13,065 nt of DNA from Trichoplax adhaerens (Eukaryota; Animalia; Placozoa). Numbering within the stretch: position 1 is the first letter of the stretch; the number at the start of each line of letters is the position of its first letter. Both the position numbers and the translations under genes were made by a program. The DNA lies in assembly GCF_000150275.1 (NCBI RefSeq), contig NW_002061038.1, positions 4,777 to 17,841 on the forward strand, given 5' to 3'. Of the stretch, positions 1 through 8,447 are shown one piece after another. The notes under the pieces were generated by a model, which was given only the letters and a program-made list of their open reading frames with translations, made no database searches and had not been told where the DNA came from.

Positions 1-465
1 TATTCTATTCTTTCACCTTTAGTGGTGATTTTACTAACATACACTAGGATCATTTCTACCAGTTATTCACATCGCCAGAGGATGAACTCATTTAATCAGA
101 AGATGACGCGTAGAAGAAGTTTGTCTATCATCATTTACGATATCAAAGCCTTACGTCAAATGGCCATCCTTCTCTGTACATTTTGCCTGGGATTTTGTCC
201 ATTTGTTATCATGTTCATTATCCAGCAAGAAAAAATTTCCGATCCAAGAACGCAAGTGCGATCAGAGGCTTTAGTTATAACCTCTTTTATTGCATTTTCA
301 TATCCAGCTCTTAATCCGCTAATGTACGGATACTTCTCGCCCGACATCAGATCTGAATGTTTTAAAGTTTTCTGTAAAATGTTTACTTTTTCGAAGTACA
401 ACTTAGAGACAACATCAACAAGCGAATACTTAAATGCTGATGTTAAAACTGTAACCTCTGTTTAA
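1..465 (+). CDS. Class A (rhodopsin-like) GPCR, 5'-truncated by the window edge (TM5, ICL3, TM6, TM7, helix 8, C-tail)
   Basis: Frame is open from base 1 (YSILSPLVVILLTYTRII, TM5 with conserved P and Y). It then has a basic ICL3, TM6 KALRQMAILLCTFCLGFCPFVI (variant of FxxCWxP), TM7 ALNPLMYGYF (NPxxY), helix 8 DIRSECFKVFC, a Ser/Thr-rich tail, and TAA at 463-465. Confidence 0.88.
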   Translation, partial: YSILSPLVVILLTYTRIISTSYSHRQRMNSFNQKMTRRRSLSIIIYDIKALRQMAILLCTFCLGFCPFVIMFIIQQEKISDPRTQVRSEALVITSFIAFSYPALNPLMYGYFSPDIRSECFKVFCKMFTFSKYNLETTSTSEYLNADVKTVTSV

Positions 466-1094
466 ACTCTAGCCTTTATAATAATTGCTAGATACTATTG
501 CTTAGATCTTTATAGTTTTTAGTTGCGTTTAGACCACTGATTGTAAATCGATTTATATTATGGGTACTAATTTTTAATAATGTTACAAAGTTGTTATGCA
601 CACACTAAGTGTTGTTAGAGAATTGTCATTTATTAAGGTATAAAACATTTTAGTTGGCTAAGTTTGCGTCTGTACATAAGCTTGTCAATGCATTTGAGAT
701 TATTTTTAGTCTTTGCAGAAACTGAATACTCGTAGTTCAATAATTATACATAATTAGTAGCGAGCGGTTTGATTGCGTGTCTCATGCAGTTGATTAACAT
801 AAGCATCAACCTCTTATATTGTAATTATGTTGCCGCGTATAGTAGTGCATGTCAGTTGGTTTTGAATTTAATATCTGATATTATAAGACTTCTTTTACTT
901 ATTTAAAATGTAATAATCATACGGTATGGTATGGTCCAGTACTCTGTACGTACAATAAAGCACACCGCAGCTGTCTTTGACTCATTCTCTCGTTCATATA
1001 ATTTTATTTCTAATTATTTCATCCATGCAAATTGTACTAACTGGCAGTGACGTGCTGAGTAAAGTTCTTTAATTAATAAACTCAATTTAGATGT

Positions 1095-1866
1095 GTACAG
1101 TACAGTACTATAGTTACGCACTAAAAATGTACTGTAAGGACGTATTGTACTGTAGAGTAGACTACGCTGTCTACATGTACTGTACAGTGTACAGTACAGT
1201 ATAACGACGCCTCGGAAATTATGCACCGCCGATTTTCGCCCTCCATAGTACTGTACAGTACAGTACTATACATTACAGTGTACTGTACTGTACTGTACAC
1301 TGTGCTCATTGAGGAAAGAAAAAAACTGTTTTTCCAACTACTGTACAGTACAGTACAGCAGAGGTTCTTTTTCCTCTCTGGACTGTACTGCACAGTATAG
1401 TACTGTACTGTACAGTACACTGTGCAGTCGACCATACGAGAATAATAAAAGTTGTTTGAATCATTGCTTACCCCTCTCACAATGTGAAACAACTTTTGCT
1501 ATTCTCGTACTGTATGGTCACAGTACAGTACAGTACAGTACACGGCCACAGTACTGTACAATACTCTACGCCAGATCAGTACCGAGTTTGATACTGTACA
1601 CTTTTAGCTGATTTGGGGTTTAGTAATAAAGTAAAGTTACTGTACAGTACTGTACATATTTCCTTCTTTTTCTGCACAAGGAGAACGAGGAAGATACTAG
1701 ATGATCATTTAATAACTTGTAAAAGAAGCGTTTATGCAATAATATATGACGTAGTCGAATCTCAATTTGCAAAACCGCTGAGATACTGTACAGTACTATT
1801 ATACAACATACATATATATACTGTATAGTGCATATTTATACTGTACTACTGTATACAGTACTGTAT
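1095..1866. repeat. Clustered TACAG/TACTG pentanucleotide arrays in both orientations, interspersed with unique sequence
   Basis: Examples: TACTGTACAGTACAGTAC at 1249-1266 and 1339-1356, (TACTG)3 at 1281-1295, and (CAGTA)4 from 1521. A perfect 24-bp inverted pair lies at 1248-1271 / 1395-1418, and a 10-bp inverted pair at 1387-1396 / 1419-1428. Confidence 0.9.
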
Positions 1867-1902
1867 GCTCGTCAGAAGTTAAATTATTATAATTATTGAG
1901 GC

Positions 1903-2687
1903 ATGGATAATAAAGAGAAATCATCCCTTGAATTGCTGTCTTACGCAGCGCATTTAGTGATGGCCCAAAATTGTAAGTTGACGATGGTTAATTATTAAAT
2001 GTAAATTTCTGCATGATGTTGCTCGATGAACTTGGTCCTTTAAATTTCATGCATTTGATTGGAAGAGTTAATGACTGCAGTAGTGATATACTACGGTCTT
2101 CAATGCGCTCTATTATGTATCGTTCTAAAGGTATACAAATTGGATATGATTCACAGCACTGTAATAATAATATTATGGAATTTCTTTTCAAATTTTATCT
2201 TGTTTTGGAATTCCTACACAGTGAAGGTAAAGTTGTAAATAACTTTAGCGAATGGCACATACGCGTATTGTACAGTAGAGTATTGTAGGATGCTGGATAT
2301 TGATTTGCACGTTGCATTCCAATGTATCTGTTCGCAACTTAGCTCTTGCCCGAATCTAAATCTAATAGATGGGTGAACTATGCAGTACGCCGGGAATTAG
2401 AATACGAACCATCGGAGTCTTTTATGGAAGACGATATTAAACACTTTATGAAATTGATCCGCGAACTGCTAATGAGGTTAAAAGATCTTGGGGGTTGTAT
2501 CTTATTGCTCAATAAAGAGTTTAATCATTGTTAGGCGCTTTTGACGCTGCCAATGAGTCTTAATAATAATAATAATCTACTGTGTGTGCATAAAGTAAAA
2601 GACGATTTTTTTGTAATACCATCACGGCAAAACGGAGAGTGGGAGAGAAAAAACTATGCATACTTCCGGAATCAGCGTACAGTGTAG
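1903..2687 (+). pseudogene. Decayed intronless ORF, possibly a divergent protein-kinase-like (pseudokinase) C-lobe
   Basis: ATG at 1903. ORF pieces 2013-2288 and 2346-2534 are in one frame, which stays open again from 2535 to 2687. A +1-frame bridge at 2278-2376 (EYCRMLDIDL...) spans three of the stops. The order LEFLHSEG...HIRV...MLDID...DDIKHFMKLIRELL mirrors kinase subdomains VIa, VIb, VII and IX. AATAAA at ~2724. Confidence 0.35.
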
Positions 2688-5379
2688 ATAGTCTTCATCA
2701 CTTTAAAAGTGTGAAAGAACTTTAATAAAAAATCTCAATCTCTAAACTGCTAAACTCTATACTTACTGTACGTATAGAAATTTCCACGTCCATCACTATG
2801 CGGGTTTAGATTGGCTAGCATACGTATAATGTACAATTTGGCAGGTTGCTTTGACAGATCAATGTTATTACTAGGTAGCCCTCGTCAACATGAGATACAA
2901 GATTTACGATTTGCTGTATCGGATTCACCATTGAATTTTTTTCTCTCTACTATGATATTGTACTTTAGACTTATCGAGTCTATCGTGTACGGTACTATAC
3001 TGTAACGTGGAACGCAGATTAAGCTGTGCTGAATCGAACAAGAACCAGTTCCCAGTGAAAAATCGAAATCCCGAAAGGTTCTTGCTTCAGAACGTCTTGA
3101 AGGATCTAGAACCTTTACAGATCTAGTTATGCGAAACAGTCGTTACTAATTGTAATAGTTACTTACAATTAATAATTTTGGTAAATGAGCATAGATATCA
3201 AATTTTTGCCATAGGAATTACATTAGTTTATTCCCACCAAAGCTGTATACAGTACAGAAAAGATCCAAACACCTACAGTAGCATTGATAGCCGAAGCTTA
3301 AGTTGTGTTTTGAACATACGGAAATTACATGCTAATGGTGCATTAACAGAATTTACGCGTGTGTTCTACATTTATGTAGTACAGTACAGTAGTACCAGAG
3401 AATGCTGCATCCTCTAGTAATCCCCGATTGTGTTCCATATCTTAAGTGTTTATGCCGTCGGAAGGTATTAGTTTATCATATTTTATCTCCTCTAATTCTA
3501 AAAATTGATAAATTAAGCTCAGTTGATTAATTTACAGTTAACAATTTCCAAGCAGTCATATTTACGTCGCAATCTTACTACCGATTTTGGGAATCCGCTA
3601 ATTTTTTTGTACGTGTACTGTATTTAAGTCTTTATTTAGGCTTGATTATTAATTACTGTTTGTGGAACTGTAACATTGACACGTAATACTTTGCAAATGC
3701 GAATACGAAGTATAATATTCCGGTACAGCCAAATGCTAGGCACATCAACCTCGAGAGTGGATTTTGATCTACTACAGTATGTGTACTACGCATTGGTTCT
3801 ATTTCGCTTTCAGCAGTTTTATTTCTTTCATTAATATTCTGCAATTATTGCACTGTACGTATACTGTTGTATTACACTTAACCCTTTATGCCCAGATGAC
3901 GGTTATATAACGCCGATTCTTTACCATAATTTTCTTGATATTTATCGTAATTTCGTAACATTTAATGGATATGACTGGGCTCAGTATACGACTATGGGCT
4001 TTAACTAGCAAAGTATTGTTCTTGACGTCAATACAGTCTACAATGCGATTTATTCCGCTTCTACGAGTAGGTAAAATGTTCCTGTTAATACTAAATTTAA
4101 TTATTTTAATTTAGCTTAGTTTACAATCTACAGGTTAAGTTATTGTAATGTCTCTCATAATCAGTTTAGGTAATATACTTGCATGTAGAGTAATGCCTCA
4201 TCTGTTCTTATTGATAATATAGCGTTCAGTCTACCTAAGGGTCAAGCCTGAGATGCTTTCAGTAGCATCGTTAGTACGTCTGAAATTTTTATTGTTATGC
4301 TGCATTTAGCAGACATTAGGATGGTATGCAATTAATTACGAACACGAAGCTGTAAAAGAATATACTGTTCGCTTTGACACATGTTCGTCATAGCTGTTGC
4401 AATTACAATAGACAATGAAGGCAGATATTGCGAACAGCACAGTAATCCGGTATATTATGTTCAGTATATAATGTTATAGATAAAAATCTAATAATTATAT
4501 ATGTAAATATAGTTGATCAGATTATTCATTTACTACATTCATATGTACCTTATATTGACAGTGAATAATAATTACATGCTATATTACTACATAGATGAGG
4601 TTAATCTTTACAGTACTGTACATATTAATTCATGAAAATTTTCAACCTATATAGTGTCGAGCGCTACAATAATTCTACTACATGCAGCTATTTCATTGTT
4701 GGCAATCTACTGATGTATGTGCTACTACTGTCTCTTAATTTGCGCGTTACATTGTACTGTTAGAATAAAAACACGTAATAAACATACGTGATAATTCGCT
4801 TACTAAACACATCATTACCCTCGATTTGAATTATTTCAACGGCTGCGACGTGATTACTAAACAGTGACCGTTCTTGCACTATTCATCATGCATTAATGCC
4901 GCTATCACTGGGTGTCACACTTTCACACCACTTACAGAACAGAAACGTATGATTTCTGCAACTAATACGGCTATCATTCTGTACCTATCATATTCCTTAG
5001 TTACTCTTTTAGCTTTAATAATGTGATGGTTTAACGTAACAATTTTCTTGAATTACTCTCTGGTTAGCATAATTGCGTAGATTACTTCCATTTATCTATA
5101 GTCAGTTTCAGATCGCAGGGACTCGATCTATCTTGACGCTGAGTATATATATGTATAGTGAAAGAATGGTCGTTCTGCTAGTGAGAAACTGTGAAACTAT
5201 TTCAAAGCTGTGACGATGTAATCGGTGATATAAGGGTTATTCATCCACGCAAGAAAGATGACGCTCGCAATTTGATATAAACTTTGACTTTATTATCTTA
5301 GTATAAGCAGCAGTTAAATATCTAAGTATATACTTCTATAGTAGGTACTGTATTGACCAACTCGGAAGTTACACAGTAA

Positions 5380-5628
5380 ATAGAGGATTTTACAACCGCA
5401 GAACTTATGCAATGGATTACTGGAAGTAAAGTAACACCATTACTTGGGTTTAATATGAAAATATCGGTTTCTTTTGTATATGTATGTTCAGAAGGTTGTC
5501 GGTTTCGTCCTACTGCATCGAGATGTGATCTTACTTTTAGATTGCCAACTCATATTCACACATTAGAGAATATGAGACAGATGATGAAGTCTGCTGTAGA
5601 GGACTGCATTGGTTTAGGTGTTATATGA
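5380..5628 (+). pseudogene. HECT E3 ubiquitin ligase C-lobe (G2E3-like); terminal exon or fragment
   Basis: IEDFTTAELMQWITGSKVTPLLGFNMKISVSF...RPTASRCDLTFRLPTH...MMKSAVEDCIGLGVI*. This matches the HECT C-lobe pattern L.F.TG...P..GF, PxAxTC (catalytic Cys), LxLP and terminal GFG. In-frame TAA at 5377-5379, candidate splice acceptor near 5341-5344, and no N-lobe recognised upstream. Confidence 0.78.
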
Positions 5629-5827
5629 AAGCAATTTTATGTATCAACGTAGATTAACTTATATACGAATGGTCGTTTTATTATATTTCTTAATTTGCTA
5701 AAAGGTACAGTATTATGAGTTATTTCAAGTTGCATGTATAATGCTGTAGCAATACTTGTGCGATAACTGAGTAAGGATTTGTTGCATTAATGTTAATCTT
5801 TCATTTTGTCGTTATAAAATAGCAGTA

Positions 5828-5859
5828 AATAAAACTACAGATTTGAAATCAGTTTTATT
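5828..5859. terminator. Convergent polyadenylation signals between the HECT and transposase genes
   Basis: AATAAA on + at 5828-5833 and AATAAA on - (TTTATT) at 5854-5859, located between the two stop codons. The AT-rich context lowers specificity. Confidence 0.4.
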
Positions 5860-5997
5860 GCGTTTATGAAGAAACTAGACAGATCATATTACAGTACTAA
5901 TATCAATCAACAATAAATTTGCATTAGTAGGATAACTGACGTTCACTTATACCGTATGTATCTAAACAATCCGGCGTAATCTAAAAGCTTGGGCACT

Positions 5998-7432
5998 CTA
6001 GTGCCCAGTAGCAAAAGCGGTCAATTTCTAAAATAAAGTGAACGCCTCAGGTATTGTAGATGGTAACTGTAATTCCTCATTAGACATAGTCAAAATATTC
6101 GACATGCATAGATCCGGTATTTTCACCGATGTCTTCCGAATTGACGTTTCGCTCCATCTCAGTAATCATGGGAGCACTTACGCGTTCCATACAATTATAA
6201 GCTTCAAAACGATGGGGCAAATAGTACATAATATCAGGCACGCCCGAGACCACATTTGTCCTAGAGCGCCTGATTCGGTGCGAGTTCCACTGATCCTTAA
6301 CCATATCAAGCTCGTCTTGAAGAATAGATTCAAAGCAGAAATGTAGGCATTCTGTATGAAAGGTATTATTTACGCTTAGTATACTGCATTGTACCATATC
6401 CTTAAAGAGATCAATCCACCAGCCAGCTCTGTGCCGACGATAGAATGACCACCAGCTTTCGATGCGTTGGTTCGCTGGTGATGTACCATATCTGCGTGCG
6501 TTGTTACCGGCAAACGGATCTCTCCCTAATTGACGAAAATAACATTGAATAGAAGCTAATAGATTGTTTCCCGCACCACAGTCGCTTCTGACAATCATAA
6601 GACATCCAGAATATTTTTTTGCGCATTTAAGATAAAGAGATGCTATAATTTCTGGCTTATTACTTGATCGACGGCATTCTAATCAAAGAATTTTTCGACT
6701 ATAACCGTCAATACATCTGTGAATGGGAAAGCCATATGGCTTTAGCTTATCAAAGCAGAACAATAGAATGTTTAGTGTAAGAAAATATGTAAGATCTGCG
6801 TATTAAAGCGCTACATTACCGATTAATCACAATTACAAGCCAAACGAATTCTATTAGTAGCATACCAATTGAGGATTTAGAATCAACAACCATTAGCGAT
6901 AGAATAAAACATTTTTTATCGATAGGAGGAATAAAGCATTCGTAGTACTACATGATAATATTATTGTTGCTAGAAAATTACAGGTTATATTAGGTGTATA
7001 ACTTCTATCATATTATTCTTACCATCGATATGCCAACAAAAATTTGGACCATAACTTATATATCTTCTTCTACTAAATCTCTTTCGACTTCGTAATAGTA
7101 TTCCTTTTGGATTGATCTCTTTCATGATACGTGCCACTACATCTCTTGGAATGCATATGTGATGCTCCAATCTGAGCATGTGCCAAATAGTCCTATAACC
7201 ACATCTTTCGCCAGAATAGCTCAATAACAAGCCGAATTATATCTTTTAGCTCTTCTTCGTCATATCCCTGGCTTCTGCGTAAGTTATAGGCTTTCAGTCT
7301 CCGCTTTAGTGTTCGTTCACCGATGTTAATTGAATGATAGTTTCTCAGAAATTCAATGATAACATTATTTTGTAATCCGCGGTAGAAATAGTTTTCGATA
7401 TAGCATTTTAGACAATCCTGCTCTTCCTGCAT
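5998..7432 (-). pseudogene. DDE transposase/integrase (IS3/integrase-core-like, IS3EU-type) with N-terminal HTH; two exons, inactivated
   Basis: Exon 1 (7432-7023) has IENYFYRG...ERTLKRRLKAYNLRR, a frameshift at ~7230, then GYRTIWHMLR...RRRYISYGPNFCWHIDG. Exon 2 (6756-5998) reads FDKLKPYGFPIHRCIDGYSRKIL*LEC...VRSDCG...GTSPANQRIESWW...WNSHRIR...GVPDIMY...EYFDYV. After a frameshift at ~6082 it continues NEELQLPSTIPEAFTLF*KLTAFATGH*. The putative triad is D(WHIDG), D(RSDCG), E(NQRIE). A TGA at 6685-6683 sits at the expected Trp. Confidence 0.88.
6757..7022 (-). other. 266-nt phase-1 spliceosomal intron in the transposase; 3' AG missing
   Basis: The minus-strand donor G|GTAAGA splits the Gly of WHIDG. 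A branch-like CACTAAAC and a pyrimidine tract (ATTCTATTGTTCT) precede GC TTT GAT AAG. Joining restores WHIDGFDKLKPYGF, but no AG is present at the acceptor. Confidence 0.75.
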
Positions 7433-7479
7433 CTTGCAATAGTTAATTTACTTACTACAGTTAGCTGTAATTAAAATGA

Positions 7480-7752
7480 GGACCGCGCTGTACTGTAGAC
7501 TGTGGTGCACCATGGAGTCGGTCGCCGCGCCGCGTGAAAACATATAATTGTATAAGCTAAATCAGACCCAAACTAGATAAATTCTATATTTGGTTGTAGC
7601 CTAATAACCCAGGAATGCCAGTTTGGTTCTTATTTCTCTAGATATTCTATACTTTTCCCGTAAGATTGGTCAGAAGCTTGAAATGACTACAGTACGCGTA
7701 TGTCCCGCCCATACTCAGATAATGCACAGTGTTACCTAATAATATGGCGCGT
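7480..7752. promoter_or_regulatory. CpG-richer putative promoter region upstream of the transposase
   Basis: CG-rich patch at 7480-7536, CCAAT on - (ATTGG 7665-7669), GC box CCCGCCC at 7704-7710 and ATGGCG at 7744-7749, all in an otherwise AT-rich background between two divergent ATGs (7432 on -, 7843 on +). Confidence 0.3.
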
Positions 7753-7842
7753 AATTTAAAATTCTGTAAAAATTTTTTTTGAGGTACTGTGCTACTCCGT
7801 ATACACACTTTTTTTCGTCTTTTTTGTGCTTAGTCTGACAGT

Positions 7843-8092
7843 ATGTTGACAGTACAGCAAAGAACTTTCATGGTTGTCCTTATGGCAGAACATAAGAGCC
7901 CCAGCGTGGCCAGAAGATGCTTCCTGCAAGAGTATCCTAGGATATCTACAAAGTCGCATCGTACAACTTTTATGAAGGTGTAAGAAATTTCTTGCAACTG
8001 GATCCGTGTTGAGAAGACCAACACCTGAGCGAAAGTCTCTTATGCCCGAGAGAGTACCTAAATGTAAATATATGGTATTTGTGTATGTGTAA
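7843..8092 (+). pseudogene. Tc1/mariner-type transposase N-terminal HTH fragment (DUF4817-like), frameshifted
   Basis: MLTVQQRTFMVVLMAEHKSPSVARRCFLQEYPRISTKSHRTTFMKV* (7843-7983), then in the +1 frame KKFLATGSVLRRPTPERKS (from 7982). The QR.F.V / RR.F...Y / KF..TGSV pattern is typical of this HTH. It is absent from the supplied ORF track, and no catalytic domain follows. Confidence 0.7.
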
Positions 8093-8412
8093 TTACCTAA
8101 ATTTAGTACTTCAATAAATACTGCGGAACTCTAATTGTCAATTTGGCTTACTTTCAATGTGTACTCATATACTGTAATTTGCATGCCTTAATATAGTAAG
8201 AACTGATCTGATTATTTCAGCTAATTTCCAGCCTGTACTTGGCATGATATCATTACTGAGTAAGTAATTGCATAAAGTAGACGCTATATCATTGTCAGTT
8301 ACGAATAAAACGAAATATTTTGATGCAATAAAGAAGATATTCCATTTTTAAATCATGGCAGCCGTGTAACATAATGCGTTCAATTCTTTTTGGTACGCTA
8401 TTTTTGAATCAG

Positions 8413-8447
8413 TAAACTATGACGTAATGCCATTACGTCATAGTTTA
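8413..8447. repeat. Perfect 17-bp inverted repeat with 1-nt spacer
   Basis: TAAACTATGACGTAATG-C-CATTACGTCATAGTTTA; the arms are exact reverse complements. Confidence 0.95.

Larger units (their letters stand above)
5342..7801. mobile_element. Remnant of a two-gene DNA transposon (DDE transposase plus HECT ligase, convergent); boundaries uncertain
   Basis: A tail-to-tail gene pair 370 bp apart with facing polyA signals, both genes decayed. A candidate terminus ...CTACTCCGTA ends at 7801; no matching left terminus was found. Confidence 0.5.

Noticed and set aside
156-401. 81-aa minus-strand ORF
   Set aside because: Antisense shadow of the GPCR.
1095-1600. Repeat-spacer-like layout resembling a CRISPR array
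   Set aside because: Repeats vary in length and orientation and are built from a 5-mer; spacing is irregular, no cas genes are present, and the context is eukaryotic.
1014-1828. ORFs 1014-1226, 1121-1492, 1309-1611 and 1613-1828
   Set aside because: Their YSTVQ/YCTVL content is just translation of the stop-free pentamer repeat.
2811-3844. Short ORFs 2811-3005, 3178-3417 and 3653-3844
   Set aside because: Short, with no motifs and some non-ATG starts; consistent with chance.
3878-5240. piggyBac-like ends TTAA|CCCTTTATG (3878) and ATAAGGG|TTAT (5240)
   Set aside because: The putative TIRs match only 10/16, the right TSD is not TTAA, and there is no internal transposase trace.
6038-6346. 102-aa plus-strand ORF
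   Set aside because: Antisense shadow of the transposase exon 2.
7830-8024. 64-aa minus-strand ORF
   Set aside because: Antisense to the better-supported Tc1/mariner HTH fragment.
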